Position numbers and translations under genes: made by a program | In this document: positions 26,891-37,059 of the stretch, one piece after another | Numbering within the stretch: position 1 is the stretch's first letter | How the letters are laid out: the number at the start of each line of letters is the position of its first letter | Assembly: GCA_963719495.1 (NCBI GenBank) | Contig: CAVRCI010000003.1 | Location: forward strand, 64,001-128,000 | DNA length: 64,000 bases | Source of the DNA: an uncultured Verrucomicrobiae bacterium | Lineage (GTDB): Bacteria > Verrucomicrobiota > Verrucomicrobiia > Chthoniobacterales > JAATET01 | Direction: 5' to 3' | Notes under the pieces: generated by a model | The model's input: the letters and a program-made list of their open reading frames with translations, nothing else | Databases searched by the model: none | What the model was told of the DNA's origin: nothing

Positions 26891-29779
26891 ATGCCACGCC
26901 CCCCCGACGGCACCGTGCTCGAGTCAGATTTACATTCCCGCGACCGGGGACGCGGCCCGGTATCCACGCTCGTTCGGGTGGCCGTGATCGCCGCCGCGAT
27001 AGCGACGGTGAGCACCGGACGAATGGAAGCGCAGCCGAGTCCGGCGGACGGATTGGATGCCGGGTGGGCCAGCTACCAGAGCGGAAAGTTTCCGGAAGCG
27101 GCTGCGAGTCTGGAAAAATTCACCGCCGAGCAGAGCGGCAATGCGGCGTATCTCGGCGTGTTCAAGCGCGTCACCTACCTCCTGGCGTTGTGTTACGTGA
27201 AGACGGAGGACTGGGCGAAGGTCCACGACGCCGTCGAGCGCTTCGCGAAGGCCACCGGGGAGGGTCAGCCAGGATGGGAGGACGAGTTGACATTCTGGAA
27301 TGGCGTGGCGCTCGTGAAGACCGGCGAGCCCGCCGCCGGGCGCGAGGCGTTGCTGGCTTTCTTGAAGTCGAATCGGGACCCGGCCAAGCGGTTCCCCGCC
27401 ATTCTGCTCGTCGGATCGGCCTACACCGCGGAAGGAAAGTCAGCCGAAGCCGCCGCCTTTTACGCGCAAGCCGGAGCCTCGCTGCCGACCATGGATGCCG
27501 CCCGGCTCCGAATGCTCGAGTTGGACTCCTACGTTGCCGCCGACGATCTGCCCGGCGCGATCGCCGCGGCGGATCGCGGCTTCGCGGTGCTCGACGAGAT
27601 GCCGCAAGTCGTCGCGTTTCAACTCCTCGCGCTGCAATTGGCCGAGAAACTGATCGAGGCCGATCGGGTCCGCGAAGCCATCGCGATCCTGCTGCGGATC
27701 GGATCACGCGAGGAATTGCTGGCTCTCCAGCAGCAGCGCATCGATCAACTCGCACCGCGGATCTCCGCCTCGACCGCCGGTGACCCCGGCCTCGCCGCGC
27801 TTTCCAAGCTCTCGGAGAGCGTGAAATCCGACGCCGCGAGGCTCGCGGACGTCCCGGATTTCGACTCGATGGTGCGCTTCCGCCTGGCCTCCGCTTTCCT
27901 TCGTCTGAAACGCTACAACGAGCTGACATTCATCTTGAGCGGGATGCTCGCCGACCTTCCGGCCGACGCGATCAACGAGCAGGCGTCCGACACGCTCGTC
28001 CGCTCCTACATGCAGGTCGGACGATGGCCGCGGGTCGTCGAGACGGCCCGTGCCTTCCGCGAAAAGTTCCCCAACTCGGCATCGCTCCCGGGCGTCATGC
28101 TGCTCGAAGCCCAGGGGCTGCAGGAACAAGGGAAGCTCGACGAGGCCGAGAAGGCGTTCGGTGAATTGGTCGAAAAATTCCCCCAGGACGATCTCACCCC
28201 GGAGGCCACATTTCTGCGGGCATTCAACGACATGCTGCGCGAGGAATTCGAATCCGCCATCGCGCAGTTCCAAGCCATCGCCCAGGACGAATCCGACACC
28301 GCGACCGCGGAGAAGGCGATGTTCTGGACCGCCGAAGCCGAATCGATGCGCAAGGCACCGGACGCCACGATCACCGCCGCCGACGCCTATCTGGAGAAGT
28401 ATCCGCGGGGCGAATACGCACCGGACGCTCTCTATCGGAAGGCATTCGCCCTCCACGCGCTGCGCGACTACGAGGCCAGCGTCCCGCTACTCGAGACCTT
28501 CCTGAAGCAAAATCCCGGCCACACCTACGCCGGCGAGGCGCTCCTCCTGAAAGCCGACGCCGCGCTGGCCCAGGGCGATACCAAGGCCGGGCTCGCCCTG
28601 CTGGCGTCGGTCGCACCGGGTCCGTATTACGAAGAGGCGCAATTCCGCACCGCCAAGGTCCATCGGCTCGCCGAGGACCACGACGCGCTGCGCGAGCACC
28701 TCGAGAAGTTCGTCTCGAACAATCCAGCCAGCGCCCGCCTGGCCGAAGCGGTCTATTGGATCGCGTGGAGCTGGCGCGACGACCCGGCGAAGCAAAACGC
28801 AGCTTACTGGACGGCCATCGACCGTTTCGGCAACGATCCCGCCCAATGGGGCGTTCAGGAAATCCTCCAAGGCCTCATCAAGGCCAACGGAGGCGAGGAA
28901 GCGAAGCAGGAGCTGGCGGAGAAATTCCGCCAGGAAAGTCGAAAGGCCGAACTCGCCAAAAAGCGCTCGCTCGATCTTCAGCTCCGCTGGGCCCAGGCGG
29001 AATTGATTCGCAAATCGGACCCCGGCGCCGCCCGCCAGCTTCTCGTGGACTCCGCGCCATTCCTCGATCCGGCCCGCGACAATCCGCAGATTCTCGTCGC
29101 CGTCGCCGACGCCCTCCGTGCCGCCGGGAAGCGACCCGAGGCCAGCGCGCTCTACGCCGACATCCGGCGATGGAACCCCACCTCGACGGCCAACGACCGC
29201 GTCTTCGCTGCGCTGGGCGGGATGTCCGCCGAGGACGGGGACTACGCGAAAGCGCTCGAATATTTCGACCGCTTCGACCGCGAGATCCCGTCCTCCGCGC
29301 TGCGAGCCGAGATCGGGCTTGCCTCCGCCAACGCCCTCGTCGAACTCGAGCGCTACGACGAGGCGATCCAGAAAATCGAGACGCTGCTCGATACGAAGTC
29401 CGCCCCGAAACGCCTCAAGGCCTCGGCGCTCGTCGCCCTCGGTCGGATCGAGATCACCCGCGGCGAACCCCGCCGCGCGGTCGCCCCGCTGCAACGGGTT
29501 TACGTCCTCTATGGCGCCTACCCGGAACTCGCCGCGGAGGCCTACGTCGAAACCGCCAAGTCGCTCGAGAAACTGGACGACCCACTCGGCGCTGCCCGCA
29601 CTTACCTCGAGTTTCTCGAGACCGGCCGGCTGGATACGCCCGCGACGAAAGCCTTCGTCGCCGAAGCTCGAAAAAATTTGGCCGACATCCCCGCAGCGAC
29701 GCGGACCGAGGCCGAGGCGCAGAACCGTGCCGCGGCCGAAGCCGTCGCCACGGCCAGCGTGGGGGGGGCGGGGTCATGA
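26891..29779 (+). CDS. Large exported tetratricopeptide-repeat protein
   Basis: N-terminal hydrophobic segment and many TPR-like units (…EKFPNS, EKFPQD, EKYPRGEYAPDALY). C-terminal LQRVYVLY…AAEAY. The exact start is uncertain. Confidence 0.8.
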   Translation: MPRPPDGTVLESDLHSRDRGRGPVSTLVRVAVIAAAIATVSTGRMEAQPSPADGLDAGWASYQSGKFPEAAASLEKFTAEQSGNAAYLGVFKRVTYLLALCYVKTEDWAKVHDAVERFAKATGEGQPGWEDELTFWNGVALVKTGEPAAGREALLAFLKSNRDPAKRFPAILLVGSAYTAEGKSAEAAAFYAQAGASLPTMDAARLRMLELDSYVAADDLPGAIAAADRGFAVLDEMPQVVAFQLLALQLAEKLIEADRVREAIAILLRIGSREELLALQQQRIDQLAPRISASTAGDPGLAALSKLSESVKSDAARLADVPDFDSMVRFRLASAFLRLKRYNELTFILSGMLADLPADAINEQASDTLVRSYMQVGRWPRVVETARAFREKFPNSASLPGVMLLEAQGLQEQGKLDEAEKAFGELVEKFPQDDLTPEATFLRAFNDMLREEFESAIAQFQAIAQDESDTATAEKAMFWTAEAESMRKAPDATITAADAYLEKYPRGEYAPDALYRKAFALHALRDYEASVPLLETFLKQNPGHTYAGEALLLKADAALAQGDTKAGLALLASVAPGPYYEEAQFRTAKVHRLAEDHDALREHLEKFVSNNPASARLAEAVYWIAWSWRDDPAKQNAAYWTAIDRFGNDPAQWGVQEILQGLIKANGGEEAKQELAEKFRQESRKAELAKKRSLDLQLRWAQAELIRKSDPGAARQLLVDSAPFLDPARDNPQILVAVADALRAAGKRPEASALYADIRRWNPTSTANDRVFAALGGMSAEDGDYAKALEYFDRFDREIPSSALRAEIGLASANALVELERYDEAIQKIETLLDTKSAPKRLKASALVALGRIEITRGEPRRAVAPLQRVYVLYGAYPELAAEAYVETAKSLEKLDDPLGAARTYLEFLETGRLDTPATKAFVAEARKNLADIPAATRTEAEAQNRAAAEAVATASVGGAGS

Positions 29780-30702
29780 GCGCGTTCATCCACCGCTTCC
29801 CGATCCGCCGGACGGCTTCGATCTGCCTGGCGATCTTCGGACTCGCCGCGCAACCGCTCCGGGCGGACGTGACTGGCGACGTGATCCAGCTCGCATCCGG
29901 GAAGGAAGTGCAGGCGCGCGTGAGCGGTCTCGACGGCGAAGCTCTCACCCTCATCCGCAAGACCCAATACGGAGTCGTCACCGAGCGGCTTCCGTTGGAT
30001 CAGGTGCGAGCCGTCAAGTTCGCCGACGAGGAACGCCTCGCCGCCGACCTTCCGAAGCTGACCGACCGCGCGCGACTCGAGCAGCTCTGGAATGCCCGCA
30101 AACCCTTCCTGCCCATTCCGGAATCGATGGCCGGAGCCGTCGGTCTGCGCTTCGCACGGGTGCTCCTCGATTCCACCAAACCCGCCGACGCCCAGCTCGC
30201 GGAAGGCGTTCTGGATGACGTCGAGGAGAAGGACTGGAGCAAACCCCGCCGCGCCGACGCCTCGGGCCTGCGCTTCGAGGCTCTCCTGAAATCCGGGGAC
30301 GAAGCGACCGCGCTCGCCCGGGCCGAGGAGGCTCTCGCGCGCAAGGACCAGCCCCGCATGCGGTCCGACGCGAGCTACTTTCTCGCCAATCGGGCGATCA
30401 ACGAGTTCCTCGAGCTGCTCGCCGAGAACCCGCGGTGGAGTCAGGACCCCTTCGTCCGGCCGGAGCGCGACCGCCTGTATTACACCGCGATCGACCTGCT
30501 TCTCATCCCGTATCTCGAGGACGGCTCCTCCCCGGAGACGGCGTCCCGGAGCGTCTGGCGGCTCTCCGAATTCTACGCCGAAGCGGGCGAAACCGAGGCC
30601 GCCCGCTCGAGCGCACAGGACGTCGTGACCATTTTTAGCTCCACCCCCGAGGCGAAACTCGCCGAGAAATATCTGACCACATCCGAAAAAACCGAACCAT
30701 GA
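29776..30702 (+). CDS. Exported hypothetical protein (N-terminal beta domain plus helical repeats)
   Basis: ATGA overlaps at both ends. Signal peptide followed by DVIQLASGKEVQARV. Confidence 0.7.
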   Translation: MSAFIHRFPIRRTASICLAIFGLAAQPLRADVTGDVIQLASGKEVQARVSGLDGEALTLIRKTQYGVVTERLPLDQVRAVKFADEERLAADLPKLTDRARLEQLWNARKPFLPIPESMAGAVGLRFARVLLDSTKPADAQLAEGVLDDVEEKDWSKPRRADASGLRFEALLKSGDEATALARAEEALARKDQPRMRSDASYFLANRAINEFLELLAENPRWSQDPFVRPERDRLYYTAIDLLLIPYLEDGSSPETASRSVWRLSEFYAEAGETEAARSSAQDVVTIFSSTPEAKLAEKYLTTSEKTEP

Positions 30703-31532
30703 ACGCCCACCTCTCTCCCCTCCGCCCCCCCCTCCGAGCCCTGCTCTACGCGAGTCTGCTGACAATCGCGATCTCCGCGTCGTCGCACGCGCAGGAGCCC
30801 GCCGCCACGCCTCCCCCCCCGCCCGCCGTCGCCGAGAAGTCGCTGCTCGACCTCTACGCCCAGGGTGGCTTGCTCATGCATTTCATCCTCGTCTGCTCGA
30901 TGGGGACGATCACCGTCGGCATCTACTGCGCCCTGCAGATCAATCGACGGAAAATGCAACCAGCCGCGCACATCGGCGCCCTCACGCAGTTCATGCAGTC
31001 ACGCGACGTCGGAGGAGCCTACGAATTCTGCCAGCAGCACCCGAATGCCTACACGAACACCGTTTCCGCCGCGCTTCTCAAGGTGAATTTCGAGCGGGAA
31101 CTGGCCAACAAATTTTCCATGGAGCAGGCCGCCGCCGAGTCGCTCGCCGAGGTCGAGACCCGGAGCATGGTCTGGGTGAACTACCTGAACGTGTTTGCCA
31201 CCCTCGCGCCGATGCTCGGGTTGCTGGGGACGGTGACGGGCATGATCCAAAGTTTCGACCAGCTCGCAGCCGGACGCAGCGAGCCGGCGGACCTCGCGGG
31301 GGGCATCGGGCAGGCCATGCTCACGACCGCGGGCGGTCTCATCGTCGGTATCCCGGCCATGTTCCTGTATTTCTTCTTCCGGAACCAATTGCTCATCGTC
31401 GTGACCGAGATTCAGAAATCCGTGACCTTCCTGATCGATATTCTCAGCGGGGAATTGAAGCTCGAGGGAGCGGTCGACCCCGCGGCGACGACCGAGCCGC
31501 CGCCGGAGCAGCAGCCCTCGGAGGAAGCCTGA
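30699..31532 (+). CDS. exbB: MotA/TolQ/ExbB proton channel protein
   Basis: Motifs LAPMLGLLGTVTGMIQSF and GIGQAMLTTAGGLIVGIPA. Confidence 0.92.
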   Translation: MNAHLSPLRPPLRALLYASLLTIAISASSHAQEPAATPPPPPAVAEKSLLDLYAQGGLLMHFILVCSMGTITVGIYCALQINRRKMQPAAHIGALTQFMQSRDVGGAYEFCQQHPNAYTNTVSAALLKVNFERELANKFSMEQAAAESLAEVETRSMVWVNYLNVFATLAPMLGLLGTVTGMIQSFDQLAAGRSEPADLAGGIGQAMLTTAGGLIVGIPAMFLYFFFRNQLLIVVTEIQKSVTFLIDILSGELKLEGAVDPAATTEPPPEQQPSEEA

Positions 31533-31560
31533 TCACCGTGCATCCCGCCGCCGCCCCCCG

Positions 31561-31971
31561 ATGAAAATCGAACGTCGTTCCAGCGGAAAGCCGGGCTTCA
31601 TGCTCGCGCCCATGATCGACATGACCTTTCTGCTGCTCATCTTCTTCATGGTCACCACGAAGATCAGCAAGGATAAGGTCAATCTCGAGATCGCCCTGCC
31701 TACCGCGGCCAACGCCGTGCGACCCGATGACCTCACGAACCGCGACATCATCAACATCGACAGCGCGGGGAACTATTTCATCTCCAACGACCCGATGACC
31801 AAGGAGTCGCTGCGAGCCTACCTCGTGAAACGATTTGAAAACTACCCACCGCTCCGTCTCTACGTCCGCGCGGACCGCAATACGCCCAGCAAACAAATCA
31901 AGGAACTGATGCGCCTCGCCGCCGAAGCTGGAGCCATCGACGTCATCTTCGGCAGCTACGAGAAGGAATGA
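31561..31971 (+). CDS. exbD: ExbD/TolR family protein
   Basis: Motifs APMIDMTFLLLIFFMV and VRADR. Confidence 0.92.
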   Translation: MKIERRSSGKPGFMLAPMIDMTFLLLIFFMVTTKISKDKVNLEIALPTAANAVRPDDLTNRDIINIDSAGNYFISNDPMTKESLRAYLVKRFENYPPLRLYVRADRNTPSKQIKELMRLAAEAGAIDVIFGSYEKE

Positions 31972-31972
31972 A

Positions 31973-32419
31973 ATGAAGGTCCGTCGTCGCGAAGAAGAGG
32001 AAGTCGAGATCCCGATGGGACCGATGATCGACATGGTCTTTTTGCTGCTGGTGTTCTTCATGGTCACCGCCAAACCGATCAAGCAGGAGAGCGACATCGC
32101 GCTGTCGCTGCCGGGCACCGCGTCGCAGGACGCCGCCGTCGAGCTGCCCGACGAGCAGGAACTCGTCATCGACGAGCAGGGCGCGGTCTATCTCAACGAA
32201 ATGCGCCTCGCCGAGCCCGCCGACCAGGAGATGCCGAAGCTTTTCGCCACCCTCCTCCGCTTCCGCGAGGCAGCCCGGGCCAACCAATCGAAGGCTCTCG
32301 TGACCATCGCCGCCGACGACAAGTCCATCCACCAACGCATCGTCGATGTTCTCAACGTCGCCGCCCGGGCGGGTGTCACCGGCATCACGTTTGCCGATTC
32401 CGGAGAAGAGGAGCCATGA
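31973..32419 (+). CDS. exbD: ExbD/TolR family protein (second copy)
   Basis: Motifs PMIDMVFLLLVFFMV and IAAD…IVDVLN. Confidence 0.92.
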   Translation: MKVRRREEEEVEIPMGPMIDMVFLLLVFFMVTAKPIKQESDIALSLPGTASQDAAVELPDEQELVIDEQGAVYLNEMRLAEPADQEMPKLFATLLRFREAARANQSKALVTIAADDKSIHQRIVDVLNVAARAGVTGITFADSGEEEP

Positions 32420-33597
32420 CGAAAACGAATGATCCGGCTTCCGCTCGCGACCGCGCCGGGCAGCGTCGAAAGCGACTCATCATCGGCATAGTCCTCGCGA
32501 CGATTGCCGTGCACCTCCTGTTTGGAGGGGTCGCCGCCATCTGGGTGATCGCCCGCTATTTCGAGAAGCCGAAAGCGCAGTTCACGGTCGAAAAAATCGT
32601 TCGCATCGAGCCCGAGCCACGAGACCACCAGATCAGCATGCAGGAGCTCGAGTCCCTGCGCCAGCGCCCCGTCGTCAACAATCGCATCCTCAGCCTCCGT
32701 CCGACGGAATTGTCGCTCCCCGACCTGCCCAAGCTCGTCCTCGACCAATCGGTCCCGCTCGACACCGCCGCGCTCGTGAACGCCCAGATCGACTCCGTCT
32801 CGTCCTCCGCTTCGGGTCAGGGCTCGTCCGCCGGTGGCGGCTTCTTCGGCTCGGCGGTCAAGCAAGCCGGAGCCTTCGAAGGCTATTTCTACGATCTCAA
32901 ATCCCTGGCCAACGGCTCGCCCAGCGAAGTCGAGGAGGAGAAAAATCAAAACAAAGCCTACCTCGAAGTGCTCGCCGACTTCGTGAAATCGAATTGGAGT
33001 TCGAGCAAGTTGGACCGGTATTTCAAAGCCGAGCAACCGCTCTACTCGGTGGCGTTTCTCATGCCGAAGATGGACGCCGCCGAGGCTCCGGAAGCCTTCT
33101 CCGTCGACCGTCCGCCCCGGCGTTGGGCGGCCCTCTACCGGGGTAGCGCGGCGTTTCCCACCTCGGGTCGCTACCGATTCGTCGGGACGGCCGACGACGT
33201 TCTCGTCGTCCGCGCGAAGGGCGAGCTCGTCCTCAACGGGTCCTACCCGAGCTGCCGCCGGGTGGCCGATGACGACTTGACCGTCGAGACCAAGGACGGA
33301 AAAGGCGTGAAATTTTACTTCGGTCCCTGGATCGACGTCTCGGCGGGCGAGGCGGTCCCGATCGAAATTCTTCTCGGAGAGCAACCGGGCGGCGTCTTCT
33401 ATTGTTTTCTCGGGCTCGAAAAGGAAGGCGAAGAATACGCCCAGAGCGGAAACAATCTGCCGCTCATTCCGGCCTTCCAGATCGCCCCGCTGCCCGATGA
33501 CTGGACGCAGGCGCTCGAACCGGATCGCCCGCCGCTCGTGGAGATCAACAAGATCATCCTCGAGCCCAAGAAGGCCTTCTCGCCCTTCGGACGTTGA
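32416..33597 (+). CDS. Membrane-anchored protein with a TonB/TolA-like N-terminal TM (His), a linker and a PA14-like C-terminal domain
   Basis: A single TM, IIGIVLATIAVHLLFGG. Later SGRYRFVGTADDVLVVRAKGELVLNG resembles the PA14 DD motif. Translationally coupled to exbD. Confidence 0.6.
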   Translation: MTKTNDPASARDRAGQRRKRLIIGIVLATIAVHLLFGGVAAIWVIARYFEKPKAQFTVEKIVRIEPEPRDHQISMQELESLRQRPVVNNRILSLRPTELSLPDLPKLVLDQSVPLDTAALVNAQIDSVSSSASGQGSSAGGGFFGSAVKQAGAFEGYFYDLKSLANGSPSEVEEEKNQNKAYLEVLADFVKSNWSSSKLDRYFKAEQPLYSVAFLMPKMDAAEAPEAFSVDRPPRRWAALYRGSAAFPTSGRYRFVGTADDVLVVRAKGELVLNGSYPSCRRVADDDLTVETKDGKGVKFYFGPWIDVSAGEAVPIEILLGEQPGGVFYCFLGLEKEGEEYAQSGNNLPLIPAFQIAPLPDDWTQALEPDRPPLVEINKIILEPKKAFSPFGR

Positions 33598-33707
33598 TCG
33601 TCGACGACTCCATTTTTGACATTCCCCAGCCAACCACCCACACCTACCTCCCGGCAAAGCCTTCAACCCCTTCTTCGCCCGCCTGGCGGGTGAGTCTGTA
33701 TTCTGCA

Positions 33708-34865
33708 ATGAAAACCCTTCGACTCGCAATCATCGGCCTCGGCAACATGGGCCGCGCACACTGTAAAACCATCCTCGACGGCAAAGTCCCCGGCTGCGAG
33801 CTCGCCGCCGTTTGCGATCTCGATCCCGACGCGTTCGCGGACTATCCAGACATCCCGCATTTCACCTCCACCGACGAACTCATCGCCTCCGGCACCGTCG
33901 ACGCCGTCCTCGTCGCCACCCCCCACTACGACCACACCTCGATCGGGATCGCCGCCCTCGAAGCCGGTCTTCACGTCCTCGTCGAGAAACCGATCTCCGT
34001 CCACAAAGCCGACTGCGAACGCCTCGTCGCCGCGCACCGGGGCGGGAAGAAGCAAATTTTCGCCGCCATGTTCAATCAGCGCACCGACCCCGCCTACCAA
34101 AAGGTCCGGGAACTCGTCCGCAACGGTGAGCTGGGAAAAATCCAACGCGTGAACTGGATCATCACCGATTGGTCCCGCAGCGAAAGCTACTACGCATCCG
34201 GCGGCTGGCGTGCGACCTGGGCCGGCGAAGGCGGCGGAGTGCTCCTCAACCAATGCCCGCACAATCTCGATCTCTACCAATGGATCTTCGGCATGCCGTC
34301 CAAGGTCCGGGGATTCTGCCAATTCGGGCGCTACCACCAGATCGAAGTCGAGGACGACGTCACCGCTTACTTCGAATATCCCGACGGTCACACCGGCGTC
34401 TTCATCACCTCCACCGGCGAGGCTCCCGGCACCAACCGGCTCGAGATCACCGGCGATCAAGGACGGCTCGTCCTCGAAGACGGCAAACTCGCCTACCGCC
34501 GCAACGAGACCGCAACCTCGAAATTCACCCGCACCTCGAAATCCGGCTTCGCCCAGCCGCCGCTCTGGAACGTCGACATTCCGCTCCCCGACCACCGCGG
34601 CGCACAACACCTCGGCATCCTCAAAAATTTCACCAACTCCATTCTTTCGGGCGAGAAACTCATCGCGCCAGCCGCCGAAGGCATCCACTCCGTCGAACTC
34701 GCGAATTCCATCCTCCTGTCCTCGCTCACCGGTGAGACCATCGACGTCCCGCTCGACGGTGCCAGGTTCGCCCAAGCCCTCGAGAAACTCATCGCCACCT
34801 CCAAACCTAAAAAGAAAATCTCCAAGGGCAGAAAGGCCGCCACCGACTTCTCCAAGTCCTTCTAG
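33708..34865 (+). CDS. Gfo/Idh/MocA family oxidoreductase
   Basis: Motifs LAIIGLGNMG, ATPHYDH, HVLVEKP and GGGVLLNQCPH. Confidence 0.92.
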   Translation: MKTLRLAIIGLGNMGRAHCKTILDGKVPGCELAAVCDLDPDAFADYPDIPHFTSTDELIASGTVDAVLVATPHYDHTSIGIAALEAGLHVLVEKPISVHKADCERLVAAHRGGKKQIFAAMFNQRTDPAYQKVRELVRNGELGKIQRVNWIITDWSRSESYYASGGWRATWAGEGGGVLLNQCPHNLDLYQWIFGMPSKVRGFCQFGRYHQIEVEDDVTAYFEYPDGHTGVFITSTGEAPGTNRLEITGDQGRLVLEDGKLAYRRNETATSKFTRTSKSGFAQPPLWNVDIPLPDHRGAQHLGILKNFTNSILSGEKLIAPAAEGIHSVELANSILLSSLTGETIDVPLDGARFAQALEKLIATSKPKKKISKGRKAATDFSKSF

Positions 34866-34867
34866 GA

Positions 34868-35716
34868 ATGCCCCGACGTCCCACCAGATCAAGCACGCTT
34901 CGGCTCGGCATCATCGGTCTCGGGAACATGGGCGCGCACCACGCCCGCACCGTGGCGACCGGCCTCGTGCCGGGCTGCACCCTCGCCGCGGTCGCCGATA
35001 CCAACGAGCGCCGCACCGCGGAATTTCCCGACCTCCCGAGCTTCTCCGACGGGCGGGCGCTCATTCGCTCGGGCCACGCGGATGCGGTCCTCATCGCCAC
35101 GCCCCACTATTCCCACGTCCCCCTCGGCGTCGCCGCGCTTGCCGCGGGTCTTCACGTCCTGATGGAGAAACCCATCGCCGTCGATGTGACCGGAGCCCGC
35201 CGCCTGCTCGCGGCTCACAAGGATCCCGACCAGATCTTCGCCGCCATGTTCAACCAGCGAACCGACCCGCATTACCAGAAGGTTCGCGAGCTCGTTCGTT
35301 CCGGCGAACTCGGCGCGCTGCACCGGATCTCGTGGACGATCACCGACTGGTTTCGCACCCACGCCTACTACGCCTCCAGCCCGTGGCGCGCGACGTGGGC
35401 CGGCGAGGGTGGCGGCGTCCTCATCAACCAGTGCGTGCATAATCTCGACCTCTTCGTCTGGATGTTTGGCCAGCCGGCGAGGGTGCGCAGTCTTTGCCAG
35501 CTCGGTCGTTTTCACGACATCGAGGTCGAGGACAACGTCGCCGCGATCTTCGAATTCGCCGACCGCACGCTCGCGACCTTCAACACGTCGACCGGCGAAG
35601 CCCCCGGAACCAATCGTCTCGAAGTCGCCGCCGAACGCGGACGCCTCGTGCTGGAAGACAACCGCCTCACCCTCGAGCGCAACGAACGGCCCGCCACCGA
35701 ATTTTCCCGCACCACC
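34868..35716 (+). pseudogene. 3'-truncated Gfo/Idh/MocA paralogue fused in frame to an RND adaptor fragment
   Basis: Colinear with the upstream paralogue up to …TEFSRTT, after which the sequence switches to VTAPFNAIV (adaptor motif). Confidence 0.75.
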
Positions 35717-35796
35717 GTCACCGCCCCCTTCAACGCCATCGTCGACGGCCGCCCGCTCAACGCCGGAGCCCGCGTCACCTCCACCACCCCCCTCGC

Positions 35797-37059
35797 CAGG
35801 GCCGACGCATCAAAAAAGATCGCGATGGAGGAAGTTTGGGCTGGTACTATATTTTCCCGTGCGTAGATGGAGGAGATGCCCGAAACGCATCCCATCCAAA
35901 AAAGCCTGATCGAAGAGTTCAAACGCATAGAAGATCCGCGAGTATCGCGCACTCGCTACCATGAGTTGAGCGACATTCTAGTGATCGCGATCTCGACGCT
36001 TTTGTGCGCGGGCACGTCTTTCTACGACATGGAAGAGTTCGGTCGGGCCAAGGAAAAATGGTTCCGAACGTTTCTGAAGTTGCCCAACGGCATCCCCAGC
36101 CACGACACGTTCAATCGCGTGTTTTCGCTGATCAATCCGGCGAGTTTTCACGAGTGCTTCATGAGGTGGACGCAGAGCGTGCGCGAACACATCGACCGGG
36201 AAATCGTCGCCGTCGACGGCAAAGCCCTCCGCGCAGCCTGCCAGGACGGCGGGAATGTGCGCTTCATCGTCAATGCTTGGGCAACCAGCAATCGACTTGT
36301 CCTGGGGCAGCTCGAAGTGCCCGACAAAACCAACGAAATCACGGCGGTTCCCACGCTGCTGCGAGCGTTGGAACTGCGTGGCTGCATCGTGAGCACCGAC
36401 GCGATGGGGTGCCAGAAAGAGATCGCCCGAGAAATCATCGAGGCCGACGCCGATTACGTTCTCGCTCTCAAAGGCAATCACCAAACCGTCCATGAGGAAG
36501 TCAAAAGCTTCCTCGATGCCGAATTTGATCGCGAGCTCCAGAGCCCTCCAGTGCCCAAACCATCCACGAAGAAACCACCAAGCGCTCCCACTTTCGCATT
36601 CCTGGAAACCGTCGACAAAGGCCACGGGCGCTTGGAAATCCGGCGCTATTTCCAAAGCGTCGCCATCGACTGGTTCGCAGACATCAGCCAATGGGAAGGG
36701 CTGCAGAGCGTCGGAATGGTCGAATCCAGCCGCGAAATCAAAGGTCAAATCAGCGTGGAAAGACGCTACTTCCTGAGCAGCCTGCCCCTCGACGTCGGAC
36801 TTTTCGCTCAAGCCGTCCGTGGACATTGGGGCGTGGAAAACTCCTGCCACTGGGTCTTGGACGTCATCCTGCGCGAAGATGGTTCCCGCGCTCGAACCGC
36901 TCACGCCGCCGAGAATCTCGCCACCCTGCGCCGCCTCGCCCTAAACCTGCTCTCTCGCGAAAAGTCCAAAAAACGCAGCATCAAGACCAAACAACTCGTC
37001 GCAGCCTGGGATCACGACTTCCTCCTGCACCTCCTCAATTTTTAGATGCGTCGGCCCTG
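35797..37059 (+). mobile_element. ISAs1-family insertion sequence, apparently intact
   Basis: 15-bp perfect IRs CAGGGCCGACGCATC (35797-35811 and 37045-37059) and a 10-bp TSD CCCCCCTCGC (35787-35796 and 37060-37069). Confidence 0.95.
35867..37045 (+). CDS. ISAs1-family transposase
   Basis: Motifs IPSHDTF, VAVDGKALR, KTNEITA, DAMGCQKEIA, DYVLALKGN, HGRLEIR and RGHWGVEN-HWVLDV. Confidence 0.95.
   Translation: MEEMPETHPIQKSLIEEFKRIEDPRVSRTRYHELSDILVIAISTLLCAGTSFYDMEEFGRAKEKWFRTFLKLPNGIPSHDTFNRVFSLINPASFHECFMRWTQSVREHIDREIVAVDGKALRAACQDGGNVRFIVNAWATSNRLVLGQLEVPDKTNEITAVPTLLRALELRGCIVSTDAMGCQKEIAREIIEADADYVLALKGNHQTVHEEVKSFLDAEFDRELQSPPVPKPSTKKPPSAPTFAFLETVDKGHGRLEIRRYFQSVAIDWFADISQWEGLQSVGMVESSREIKGQISVERRYFLSSLPLDVGLFAQAVRGHWGVENSCHWVLDVILREDGSRARTAHAAENLATLRRLALNLLSREKSKKRSIKTKQLVAAWDHDFLLHLLNF

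Noticed and set aside
33616..33650. TTGACA upstream of the Gfo pair
   Set aside because: There is no convincing -10 box at 16-18 bp spacing, so it is not reported as a promoter.
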